Shown here: positions 1-8,335 of the stretch, in pieces | Layout of the letters: the number at the start of each line of letters is the position of its first letter | How positions within the stretch are numbered: position 1 is the first letter of the stretch | NCBI GenBank assembly: GCA_963843975.1 | Contig: CAWJMG010000003.1 | Location: 1,950,001 to 1,982,000, forward strand | DNA from: an uncultured Actinomycetes bacterium | GTDB lineage: Bacteria; Actinomycetota; Actinomycetes; S36-B12; CAIYMF01 | DNA: 32,000 nucleotides | Reading direction: 5' to 3' | Translations under genes and position numbers: made by a program | Notes under the pieces: model-generated | What the model saw: only the letters and a program-made list of their open reading frames with translations | Databases searched by the model: none | What the model was told of the DNA's origin: nothing

Positions 1-2
1 GC

Positions 3-731
3 GGCTGGATCCTCCTGCTCGCGTTCCTCTTCGCGGTGCAGGACGTCGACGCGGTGACTGCCGGCGGTGGCGGCGTGGCCGTCATCTTCGGGCAGGCGCT
101 CTCCGGCAACATGGCCGGCACGGTCCTGCTCATCTCGGCGCTCGGCCAGCTCTTCTGCACCGTCGCGTGCATGACCAGCGCCACCCGCATGCTCTACGCG
201 TTCAGCCGTGACGGCGCCGTCCCCGGTGCCCGTCTGTGGGCGAAGCTGAGCCCGACCAAGGTGCCCGTCAACGGCGTGTACCTCACCGTGCTCATCGCGC
301 TCGCGATCACGTGGCCGGCCCTCATCGAGGTCGACATCAACGGCGCCCCCGTGCCGATCGCGTTCTTCGCGGTCGTCACGATCGGCGTCATCGGCCTCTA
401 CCTGGCGTTCGCCATCCCGATCTACCTCCGCTGGCGGGCGGGCGACAGCTTCCCCGCCGGCAGCTGGACGCTCGGGAGCAAGTACAAGTGGATGGCACCG
501 ATCGCCCTCATCGAGATCGCGGTCACCTCGGTGTTCGCACTCATGCCTGGCTCGCCGTTCGCCGTCCCGTGGAACGACGAGTTCGAGCTGAAGTACCTGA
601 ACTACACCCCGGTCGTGCTGGGCATCTCGCTCATCGCGCTGTGGATCTTCTGGCACGTCTCGGCCAAGAAGTGGTTCACCGGCCCGAAGACGACGATCGA
701 CCAGCCCGACGCCGCAGCCGCGGCGGAGTAG
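3..731 (+). CDS. APC-superfamily amino-acid permease, C-terminal portion (5' end lies upstream of the window)
   Basis: The frame is open from nt 3 (GWILLLAFLFAV...) to TAG 729-731. The translation is a series of hydrophobic helices (GVYLTVLIALAITWPAL, IAFFAVVTIGVIGLYLAFAIPIYL, VVLGISLIALWIFW) typical of the last TM segments of APC permeases. The ORF-track start at 36 is an internal GTG. Confidence 0.7.
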   Translation, partial: GWILLLAFLFAVQDVDAVTAGGGGVAVIFGQALSGNMAGTVLLISALGQLFCTVACMTSATRMLYAFSRDGAVPGARLWAKLSPTKVPVNGVYLTVLIALAITWPALIEVDINGAPVPIAFFAVVTIGVIGLYLAFAIPIYLRWRAGDSFPAGSWTLGSKYKWMAPIALIEIAVTSVFALMPGSPFAVPWNDEFELKYLNYTPVVLGISLIALWIFWHVSAKKWFTGPKTTIDQPDAAAAAE

Positions 732-783
732 CGCTCGACCGTGCCGGCGGGCGCGACCCCTCGCACCCGCCGGTACGACCACC

Positions 784-799
784 GCACACGTTCGTGTGC
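784..799. promoter_or_regulatory. 16-bp palindrome GCACACG-TT-CGTGTGC between the permease stop and the GntR start
   Basis: Read directly: 7-bp perfect inverted arms with a 2-bp centre, 53 nt after the permease stop and about 95 nt before ATG 895. It could be an operator or a small 6-bp/4-nt-loop hairpin. Confidence 0.3.
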
Positions 800-894
800 A
801 TCACGGCCAGGAGGGGAGGTCGGCGGCCAGGAGCACGTGGCTGCCGCCCTCCCCTCTCGTCGTGACCAGCACCGACCGACCGGGGGCCCGCACG

Positions 895-1683
895 ATGAGC
901 ACAGACCTCCCACTCGCGCCGCTCGTGGTCGATCGGGCCGCCAGCGCGCCCGTCCACGTGCAGATCGCCACATGGCTCAGTGGCGCTATCACCCGCGGCG
1001 AGCTGCTCCCGGGCCAGCGGCTGCCCGGCGAGCGCGACCTCGCCGGCATCCTCGGCGTCAGCCGGATGACCCTGCGCCAGTCCCTCGCCGAGCTCGAGTC
1101 GTCCGGCGACCTCGTGCGCGTCTCCGGCCGGGCCGGTGGCGCGTTCGTCGCCGAGCCGCGCGTGGAGGTCGACCTCACCCATCTCACGGGGCTCACCGAC
1201 CAGGTGCGCCGCGCAGGGCGCCGCGCCGGGGCCCGTGTCCTCAGCGCCCGCCGCCTCGTGCCGGATGCGGCCGTCGCGGCGGCTCTCGGCCTCGCGCCCC
1301 GCGCCCAGGCCTACGAGGTCGTGCGCGTGCGCTCCGCGAACGGCGTACCCCTGGCGCTGGAGAGCTCGTGGTTCCCCGCCCGGCTGTTCCCCGGCCTCAC
1401 CGACCACTCGCTCGCGGGCTCGATGTACGGCGTGCTGCGCACCCGCTACGGCCGCCCGCCGGTCTCGGCCGACGAGCACCTCTCCCCCGCCCTCGCCGAC
1501 GACGTGTGCGCCGCGGAGCTGGGCGTGGAGGCGGGCACCCCGCTCATGCTGGTGCAGCGCACGGCGCGCGATGCCGACGGCGTCGCCGTCGAGCACGCGC
1601 GCGACCTCTTCCGACCCGACCGTGTGAGCTTCCTCGTCCGGCGTACACCCGACGCTCCCACCACCCTGCGCGCCGTCACCTGA
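895..1683 (+). CDS. GntR-family transcriptional regulator, HutC subfamily (winged helix plus UTRA-like effector domain)
   Basis: GntR wHTH signature GQRLPGERDLAGILGVSRMTLRQSLAELESSGDLVRVSGRAGGAFV, followed by a roughly 150-aa C-terminal domain of UTRA type. I chose in-frame ATG 895 (MSTDLPLAPL...) because the ORF-track extension from 796 is Pro/Ser/Thr-rich with no motif. Confidence 0.85.
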   Translation: MSTDLPLAPLVVDRAASAPVHVQIATWLSGAITRGELLPGQRLPGERDLAGILGVSRMTLRQSLAELESSGDLVRVSGRAGGAFVAEPRVEVDLTHLTGLTDQVRRAGRRAGARVLSARRLVPDAAVAAALGLAPRAQAYEVVRVRSANGVPLALESSWFPARLFPGLTDHSLAGSMYGVLRTRYGRPPVSADEHLSPALADDVCAAELGVEAGTPLMLVQRTARDADGVAVEHARDLFRPDRVSFLVRRTPDAPTTLRAVT

Positions 1684-1704
1684 CCGGCGCCGGACGCGTG
1701 CTGG

Positions 1705-4206
1705 TCAGGCTCGGACGCGCTCGGACCTCGCGTCGTAGAGGGGGTCGGTGCGGACGGTGGCGCCGACCCACTCGCCGAAGATGCCGACCTCGAGCCTCGT
1801 CCCGTCGGCAGTGAGGTCCGCACCGCCGTCACGGCCCACGGGCAGGTAGGCGAACGCGATGGATGCCTCGAGCGAGTAACCGAGGCCGCCGCTGGTCACC
1901 CGGCTCAGCACCTCGCCGTCGGGCAGCCGCACCGGCTCGTTGCCGAGCGCGACGGCCCTCGTGCCGTCGAGCACGAGGCACACGAGCCGGCGGGCGACAC
2001 CCGCCTCCTTCTGCGCGACGAGCGCCTCGCGCCCGAGGAAACCACCCTCCTTGCCGAGCCGCACGCAGAAGCCGAGACCCGCCTCGTACGGCGAGTGCGC
2101 GGGGTCGATGTCGGCGCCCCAGACGCGGTAGCCCTTCTCGAGCCGCAGCGAGTCGATGGCCCGGTAGCCGCCGGCGACGATGCCGTGCTCCTGCCCTGCC
2201 TGCCACACCGTGCGCCACAGGTTGGCGCCGTACTCCGCGGGGCAGTAGAGCTCCCATCCGAGCTCGCCCACGAAGGTCACCCGGACCATCCGCACCGGCA
2301 CGTCGCCGACCGTGGTCTCGCGCATGGCGAGGAACGGGAAGTCGTCGTTCGACAGGCTCTGCGGCGTCAGCGACGCGAGCACGTCGCGGGTCCTCGGCCC
2401 CCAGATGCCGACGCAGGCCCAGGCACCTGTGACGTCGGTGATGCGGACGTCGGCGTCCAGAGCCCGTGCCTGCGTGCGGATCCAGGCGGCGTCGTGGTTC
2501 GCGAACGCCGTGCCGGTCACGATCAGGAACACCTGGGCGTCGAGCTGGGTCACGGTGAAGTCGCACTCGATGCCGCCGGAGGCGTTGAGCGCCTGCGTGT
2601 ACGTGACCGATCCCGGCCCGCGCGCTACGTCGTTGTCGCAGACCCACTGCAGGAGACGCGACGCGTCCGGCCCGCTCACCTCGATCTTGGCGAACGACGA
2701 CTCGTCGAACATCACGACGCCGTCGCGCGTCGCGCGGTGCTCGGCCACGACCGCGGGCGACCAGTGACGGCCGGCCCAGCCGTCGGGGCGCCACTGCTCG
2801 TCGGCCTCGACCGCGTTGGTGTCGTAGTGGTTCACCCGCTCCCAGCCGGACTTCTCGCCGAACGAGGCGCCGTTCTCCGCGTGCCACGTGTACGCCGGCG
2901 ACGTGCGCAACGGCCGCCCGGCCGCGCGCTCGTGCGCCGGGTAGCGGATGTCGTAGTAGCTCTCGTAGTTCTCGACCGTGCGGGCGAGGGTGTACGACGG
3001 CGAGCGGTACGACTGGCCGAAGCGGCGTACGTCCATGTGCCAGAGGTCCATCGGCGGGGCGCCCTCGAGCACCCACTCGGCCATGACCTTGCCGATCCCG
3101 CCCGCACCGGCGATGCCGTGCGCGCAGAAGCCGGCCGCGACGAAGAACCCGCCGACGTCCGTGGGCCCGAGGCAGAACTCGTTGTCGGGCGTGAAGCCCT
3201 CGGGCCCGTTGATGAAGGTGCGGATGCCGACGTCGGCGATCGCCGGCACGCGGATCGCGGCGTTCTCGCTGATCTCGACGAACCGGTCGTGGTCGGGCGA
3301 GAGCAGACGGCCGTTGAAGTCGGCGGGGATCCGGTCGTGCGACGACGAGGACGCCGTCCACGGCAGCGACTGCCGCTCGTAGCCGCCCATGACGAGGCCG
3401 TCGACCTCCTGGCGGTAGTACACGAGCAGGTCGGGGTCGCGCAGCGAGGGCAGCGGCGTCTCGCGGTGCTCGAACATCGCCTCGGTGACGACGTACTGGT
3501 GGCTCATCGGCACGATCGGCACGCGCACGCCGACCATGCGGGCGATCTCCGCGGCGAACATGCCGCCGCAGTCGACCACGAGCTCGCACTCGACGTCGCC
3601 CTTGTCCGTGCGCACGCGCGTCACGCGGCGGCGAAGACCCTCGCCCTCGGTGTCGATGCCGAGCACGCGCGTGTGGGTGTGGAACTGGACGCCCATCGCC
3701 CGGGCGCCCGCGGCCAGCGAGTAGGTGAGCTGCGACGGGTCGACCTGGCCGTCCGTCGGGAGGTAGGCCGCGCCCACGACGCCGTCGGTGACCATCAGCG
3801 GGAAGAGCTCCTGGGCCTCGGCCGCCGAGATCTGCTGGAGCTCGAGGCCGGACGTCGCCGCCCACCCCGCCTGCCGCGAGATCTCCTCCCAGCGCTCCGT
3901 CGACGAGGCGAGACGGATCGACCCGCACTCGACCCAGCCGGGCGGGTTGTCGCCCGCCTGCAGCGAGCGGTACAGCTCGACGCTGTAGCGGTTCATCGCG
4001 GTCAGCGTGGGGTCGCTGCGCAGCTGGCCGACGAGGCCGGCCGAGTGGAACGTCGACCCGCTCGTCAGCTCGTCGCGGTCGAGGACGACGACGTCGCGCT
4101 CCCCGGCGAGGGCGAGGTGGTAGGCCACCGAGCTGCCCCCGACACCTCCCCCGATGACGACGATGCGGGCGCGGGACGGAAGGGCGCGGGACACCGGCTC
4201 GGTCAC
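1705..4206 (-). CDS. FAD-dependent oxidoreductase fused to a GcvT-type folate-binding domain (dimethylglycine/sarcosine dehydrogenase-oxidase family)
   Basis: 833 aa. N-terminal dinucleotide-binding motif RIVVIGGGVGGSSVAYHLA, then STFHSAGLV and a DAO-type body. The C-terminal ~400 aa is aminomethyltransferase-like (GYRAIDSLRLEKGYRVWGADI..., GNEPV). GTG start at 4206. The overlapping 838-aa and 777-aa ORFs are Arg/Pro-rich artefacts. Confidence 0.85.
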   Translation of the reverse strand: MTEPVSRALPSRARIVVIGGGVGGSSVAYHLALAGERDVVVLDRDELTSGSTFHSAGLVGQLRSDPTLTAMNRYSVELYRSLQAGDNPPGWVECGSIRLASSTERWEEISRQAGWAATSGLELQQISAAEAQELFPLMVTDGVVGAAYLPTDGQVDPSQLTYSLAAGARAMGVQFHTHTRVLGIDTEGEGLRRRVTRVRTDKGDVECELVVDCGGMFAAEIARMVGVRVPIVPMSHQYVVTEAMFEHRETPLPSLRDPDLLVYYRQEVDGLVMGGYERQSLPWTASSSSHDRIPADFNGRLLSPDHDRFVEISENAAIRVPAIADVGIRTFINGPEGFTPDNEFCLGPTDVGGFFVAAGFCAHGIAGAGGIGKVMAEWVLEGAPPMDLWHMDVRRFGQSYRSPSYTLARTVENYESYYDIRYPAHERAAGRPLRTSPAYTWHAENGASFGEKSGWERVNHYDTNAVEADEQWRPDGWAGRHWSPAVVAEHRATRDGVVMFDESSFAKIEVSGPDASRLLQWVCDNDVARGPGSVTYTQALNASGGIECDFTVTQLDAQVFLIVTGTAFANHDAAWIRTQARALDADVRITDVTGAWACVGIWGPRTRDVLASLTPQSLSNDDFPFLAMRETTVGDVPVRMVRVTFVGELGWELYCPAEYGANLWRTVWQAGQEHGIVAGGYRAIDSLRLEKGYRVWGADIDPAHSPYEAGLGFCVRLGKEGGFLGREALVAQKEAGVARRLVCLVLDGTRAVALGNEPVRLPDGEVLSRVTSGGLGYSLEASIAFAYLPVGRDGGADLTADGTRLEVGIFGEWVGATVRTDPLYDARSERVRA

Positions 4207-4245
4207 GAGCGAAACCGTACCGGGGGCACGCCCACGAGGGGAGCA

Positions 4246-4261
4246 AATGGTCTAGACCGTA
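4246..4261. promoter_or_regulatory. HutC/DasR-type operator-like palindrome AAATGGTCTAGACCGT (perfect core GGTCTAGACC 4249-4258)
   Basis: A perfect 10-bp palindrome containing GT-C-TA-G-AC lies 43-52 nt upstream of the GTG (4206) of the DAO-GcvT gene. A TACGGT -10-like hexamer (4214-4219 on the minus strand) sits 7 nt before that GTG. Confidence 0.55.
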
Positions 4262-4274
4262 TTGACGGCGCGCC

Positions 4275-5207
4275 TCAACGCAGCAGGTGCGACCAGGCCT
4301 CGGCCACGAGCACCGGCTGCTCGATCTGCGAGACGTGCCCGGCATGGGGCAGCACGAGCACCCGGACGTCCGGGAATGCCTTGGTGTGGGCGTGGATCGG
4401 GTCGACGAGCTTGTCGCGGCGGCCGTAGACCAGCAGCGTCGGGCAGGTGATCCCCTCGGCCAGCTTCCACGGCCGCTCCGGCGACCGGTCGAGGTAGGTC
4501 GCCAGCAGCCCGCGCAACGACTGCAGGAACGCGTCCGCGACGTACGGCAGCTGGTCGCGCCGCTTGACCTCCTCGACGGCCTCGAGCATCCGCTGCTCCG
4601 GCACGGACGCAGGGTCGGCGAAGCAGACGTCGACGGTGGCCCGCGCCCGACGGTGCGGGTCGAGCTCGAGGTAGCGGTTCATGAGCCGCGTGCCGATGCC
4701 GGGCACCGCGATCACGGGCAGGTGCGCGTTGGACCGGCGTACACCGGTCTTCGGGAGCGCCGGGCTCACGAGGGTGAGCGTCCGCACGAGCTCCGGGTGC
4801 CGGGCCGCGAGCTGGACGGTGACCGCGCCGCCCATCGAGTTGCCGAACAGGTGCACGGGGCGCCCGTCGAAGCGCATCTGGATCAGCTCGGCGAGCGACT
4901 CCGCGCTGCGCCGCGGCGACCAGTCGCCGTCGCGCGGCGGCGGCGACCACCCGAACCCGGGCAGCTCGACCGCGACTCCGTCGACGCGGTCGCGCAGGAG
5001 CGCCATGAGATCGGTCCAGTTGGTGGCGCTGCCGCCGAGACCGTGCACGAACAGCGCCGGCTCGGCGGTGGACGGGTCGACCGGAGGCGCCTCGCGTACC
5101 GAGAACGTGCCGTTGGACAGGACCACGTCGCTGCGCGGCCACGGCGGCAGCAGGGCGGCGAGCAGGTCGTCGGTGGTGCGGGGCAGGTCGGCGGGCGTCC
5201 CGGTCAT
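4275..5207 (-). CDS. alpha/beta-fold hydrolase
   Basis: Oxyanion region LFVHGLGGSATNW, nucleophile elbow HLFGNSMGGAV (G-x-S-x-G) and C-terminal LPHAGHVSQIEQP histidine region. ATG at 5207 overlaps the TGA of the upstream gene (ATGA, 5204-5207). The ORF-track start at 5336 would run into that gene. Confidence 0.85.
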   Translation of the reverse strand: MTGTPADLPRTTDDLLAALLPPWPRSDVVLSNGTFSVREAPPVDPSTAEPALFVHGLGGSATNWTDLMALLRDRVDGVAVELPGFGWSPPPRDGDWSPRRSAESLAELIQMRFDGRPVHLFGNSMGGAVTVQLAARHPELVRTLTLVSPALPKTGVRRSNAHLPVIAVPGIGTRLMNRYLELDPHRRARATVDVCFADPASVPEQRMLEAVEEVKRRDQLPYVADAFLQSLRGLLATYLDRSPERPWKLAEGITCPTLLVYGRRDKLVDPIHAHTKAFPDVRVLVLPHAGHVSQIEQPVLVAEAWSHLLR

Positions 5208-6151
5208 GGACCGAGCGTAAGCAACGGGAGCCGCCGGTTCACCGCGTCCAGGGTCGCGCGCACCACGGCGCGGTGGACGTCGTCCCGCACCTCGGAGGCG
5301 CCCGTGAGCCGTTCGGACCCGATGTGCCGGCAGCACTCGACCTGCACGACGGCGACCTCAGCCTCGCCGACGTGCGGCACCGACACCGCCGTGACGGAGA
5401 ACGACTCCTCGCAGATGTGCAGAGTGGCGACCGCGCGCAGCGTTGCCAGCGCCACCGCCTCGAGCACGGCGGAGTCCGCGCTGCCGGACTCGGCGGAACC
5501 GCGCACCAGGCCGTCGGGGCCGTTCAGCGTGACGGTGGCCTGGGCACGGCGGTGGTCGAGCACGATCGACAGCCGAGCGATCGAGAGCCGGACCTCAGCG
5601 ACGTCCGCCTCGTCAGGAACAGTGCCGCGCGGCTCGGGGATGACGGTGGCGCCCGCCGGGTGGCGTACGGCGGCGGCGAGCACGTCGGCGTCGAACGAGC
5701 GGCCCGAGCGCCGGTCGAGCTCGGAGAGCAGGTCGTCGATCTGGACGCCGAGGTCGAACGCCTCGGACGGGCCGACGGCCTCGCCGCGGACCGATCGCAG
5801 CGGGCTGACGGCGGCATCGGTGATGTCCATGACGAGCTCGACGCCGTCGTCGTCGAGCCCGACGCCGTACTGCAGCTGCAGCATGCGGTGGACGGCGTAC
5901 GCGACCGCCGCCTCGTCGCCGTCGTCGGCGAGCACGAGGCGCACCTCGGTGCCGGTGTCCTCCGCCTCGCCGACCGACACCGTGGCCTCGAGGACGCCGG
6001 GCACGACGCGCAGGGCCTGCTCGACCTCGAGGGCCGGCGAGCCGCGACGGGCGTCCTTGTGCACGTCCTTCACGGTAGGGAGACGCGCGGATCGTTGCGC
6101 GGCGACACCCGGCAGTTGAGCGAGAAGACACACGAACGACCGGTCCCTCAC
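5204..6151 (-). CDS. conserved hypothetical protein (acidic, Ala/Val-rich; no family recognised)
   Basis: A 315-codon ORF with ordinary composition, unlike the Arg/Pro-rich alternative frames. Its stop overlaps the hydrolase start. The start is uncertain (GTG 6151 or GTG 6073) and neither has a clear SD. Confidence 0.6.
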   Translation of the reverse strand: MRDRSFVCLLAQLPGVAAQRSARLPTVKDVHKDARRGSPALEVEQALRVVPGVLEATVSVGEAEDTGTEVRLVLADDGDEAAVAYAVHRMLQLQYGVGLDDDGVELVMDITDAAVSPLRSVRGEAVGPSEAFDLGVQIDDLLSELDRRSGRSFDADVLAAAVRHPAGATVIPEPRGTVPDEADVAEVRLSIARLSIVLDHRRAQATVTLNGPDGLVRGSAESGSADSAVLEAVALATLRAVATLHICEESFSVTAVSVPHVGEAEVAVVQVECCRHIGSERLTGASEVRDDVHRAVVRATLDAVNRRLPLLTLGP

Positions 6152-6264
6152 CGGCGGTTCACCGCGTTCCGGTCACCGAGCGCTCACGACCGGTCGCCGA
6201 TCGGTGAGCGCCAACGTGCGCGGCGCCCGCCCCTCCGGGATTACCGCTCGGTAGGATCCCCCGC

Positions 6265-6900
6265 ATGTCAGTCGTGTCCGACGGCCGGGCCTCGTCCCGG
6301 GGTCAGCGCCTGCCGCGCCGCGAGCGCCGCGCGCAGCTGCTCGACGCCGCCCGCGAGGTCTTCGTCGCCCAGGGGTACCACTCGGCCGCGATGGACGACA
6401 TCGCCGAGGCTGCGGGGGTCAGCAAGCCGGTGCTGTACCAGCACTTCCCCGGCAAGCTCGACCTCTACCTCGCGCTCCTCGACCAGTCGAGCGACGCGCT
6501 CCTGGCATCCCTCGACTCCGCCCTCGCCTCCATCAGCGACAACAAGCTCCGCGTGTCGGCGACGGTCGAGGCCTACTTCGACTTCGTCGACGACCCGGGC
6601 GGCGCGTTCCGGCTGATCTTCGAGTCCGACCTCACCAACGAGCCGGGTGTCCGCACCCGTGTCGACCGCGCCAACGACGCGTGCGCCGCGTCCCTGTCCA
6701 AGGTCATCGCCGAGGACACCGGCCTCACCGACGCCGAGGCCACGCTGCTCGCCGCGGGCCTGCTCGGCATGGCCCAGACGGCCGCCCGCCACTGGCTGCG
6801 CGAGACCGGCCGCATCCCCAAGTCCGAGGCGGCGCGGCTCGTGGCCAGCCTCGGCTGGCGCGGCATCTCGAACTTCCCGCTCTCGCACCCCCCGGCCTGA
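6265..6900 (+). CDS. TetR/AcrR-family transcriptional regulator
   Basis: N-terminal TetR HTH RRAQLLDAAREVFVAQGYHSAAMDDIAEAAGVSKPVLYQHFPGKLDLY, 211 aa, ATG 6265. It is divergent from the hypothetical gene. Confidence 0.9.
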   Translation: MSVVSDGRASSRGQRLPRRERRAQLLDAAREVFVAQGYHSAAMDDIAEAAGVSKPVLYQHFPGKLDLYLALLDQSSDALLASLDSALASISDNKLRVSATVEAYFDFVDDPGGAFRLIFESDLTNEPGVRTRVDRANDACAASLSKVIAEDTGLTDAEATLLAAGLLGMAQTAARHWLRETGRIPKSEAARLVASLGWRGISNFPLSHPPA

Positions 6901-7029
6901 TCGGCGGCGTGGCGGCGCCTGCCGCTACGCCTACGGCGTACGCGGGCACCCTGGGGAAGCAGCAGGCGGCCCCGCCCGGTTAGGGTCGCGACAAGCAGTC
7001 ACGGTACGAACGAGCCAGGAGGCACCTCG

Positions 7030-7254
7030 GTGGAGGTCAAGATCGGCGTCCAGCAGGCCGCCCGCGAGGTCACGCTCGAGAGCGCGCAGACCCAGGACGA
7101 GGTCGTCGCCCTCGTGTCCGCCGCGATCGACAAGGGCACCCCACTGACCCTGTCGGACGAGAAGGGCCGCACGGTCGTCGTGCCCGGCGACAAGATCGCC
7201 TACGCCGAGATCGGCGCCACCGAGCGCGGTCGCATCGGCTTCGGCAACGTCTGA
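7030..7254 (+). CDS. DUF3107-family small protein (TB9.4-like)
   Basis: 74 aa, MEVKIGVQQAAREVTLES...EKGRTVVVPGDKIAYAEIG matches my recollection of the DUF3107 family. GTG 7030 is preceded by AGGAGG (7017-7022) with a 7-nt spacer. It follows a TetR gene, as in mycobacteria. Confidence 0.75.
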   Translation: MEVKIGVQQAAREVTLESAQTQDEVVALVSAAIDKGTPLTLSDEKGRTVVVPGDKIAYAEIGATERGRIGFGNV

Positions 7255-7269
7255 CCCTGCCCCCGGGCG

Positions 7270-8028
7270 TCAGGCCTGGAGGCCGAGGGTGCTCATCCTG
7301 ACGGTGTGCGCCTCGGTCAGCCGCTCGAACATCTCGCCGAGGCCGGCCAGGCCGAGCCCCTCGCGGTCGACGTCGCCGAGCAGCAGGGACGACAGCCCGT
7401 CGCGCTCTGCTGCCACCCGCTGCGCCTGCTGCATCGCCTCGCCGACCAGGCGGCGTCCCCACAGCGCGAGCCGTCCGGACAGCCTCGGGTCGGCCACGAT
7501 CGCGGCCCGCACGGTCGCGACGGCGAAGTTCGCGTGGCCCGTGTCGCTGCACACCTCGAGCACCAGGTCGCGGCTGCCGGCATCGAGCAGCGCCGCGACC
7601 TCGCGGTAGAAGTCGGTCGCGATGCCGTCGCCGACGTACGCCTTGACCAGGCTCTCGAGCCAGTCGCTCGGGGCGGTCTGGGCGTGGAACTCGGCCAGCG
7701 GCTCCTGGAAAGGCTCCATCGCCTCCCACGGGTCGACGCCGAGGTCGCTGAGGCGCTCGACGAGCCGCGTGAAGTGCCGGATCTCGGCCGTCGCCATGAA
7801 CGCGAGCGCAGCCTCGTCCGAGATGGACGGCGCGAGCGCGGCGTCGGCCGCGAGCCGCTCGAACGCCACGAGCTCGGTGTAGGCGAGCACGCCGAGGAGG
7901 TCGACGACCCCGGCGCGGTACGACGCGTCGTCCTCCAGCGCGGACGCCGGGATCGAGGCGATATCGGCCGTGCCGGCACCGCCCGGGTGCTCGTCGCTGC
8001 CGACCAGGTGCAGGTTCTCGTCGCTCAC
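7270..8028 (-). CDS. ferritin-like-fold protein (Rv3210c-like)
   Basis: 252 aa, helical with Glu/His-rich repeats (YTELVAFERLA..., ATAEIRHFTRLVERL, DFYREVAALL, EVCSDTGHANFA) as in ferritin-like/MiaE-like proteins. GTG start at 8028. Confidence 0.65.
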   Translation of the reverse strand: MSDENLHLVGSDEHPGGAGTADIASIPASALEDDASYRAGVVDLLGVLAYTELVAFERLAADAALAPSISDEAALAFMATAEIRHFTRLVERLSDLGVDPWEAMEPFQEPLAEFHAQTAPSDWLESLVKAYVGDGIATDFYREVAALLDAGSRDLVLEVCSDTGHANFAVATVRAAIVADPRLSGRLALWGRRLVGEAMQQAQRVAAERDGLSSLLLGDVDREGLGLAGLGEMFERLTEAHTVRMSTLGLQA

Positions 8029-8119
8029 GGGCGGAGCGTACGCCGCCGCGGACGCCCCCGCCGGGCTCCTCCGCCCGGCGGTTCGGCCGCCTGCGGTCGG
8101 TTCCGGGCGTCGTCAGCGG

Positions 8120-8125
8120 TAGACT
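8120..8125 (+). promoter_or_regulatory. candidate -10 hexamer TAGACT for the DEAD-box helicase gene
   Basis: This is the only good TAnnnT hexamer I see in the 307-nt divergent spacer. No convincing -35 was found. It would give a leader of about 200 nt. Confidence 0.25.
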
Positions 8126-8335
8126 GAGGCGTCCTTACCGGTCACGGCCGTTGCCTTCACTCCATCCGTGACCAGCCCGCCGACGGCCTCCTCGTCACCG
8201 AGGAGCGTGCGGCAGGGCCTCGCGAAGAGTCGCGCGCACGCTGCCGACCCGCTGGGCCCTCCACTCGCCGGGCGCGCGTCGCAGCCCGCGACCTGTGCCC
8301 CGCCGCGGCCCGATCACGAGAGTCCGCGACCGCAC

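Noticed and set aside
1829-4428. Very long alternative ORFs overlapping the DAO-GcvT gene (838 aa on the minus strand at 1829-4345; 777 aa on the plus strand at 2095-4428).
   Set aside because: Their translations are dominated by Arg/Pro/Gly/Ala/His runs with no family motifs. This is typical of off-frame and antisense ORFs in ~70% GC DNA. The 833-aa frame carries all the recognisable motifs.
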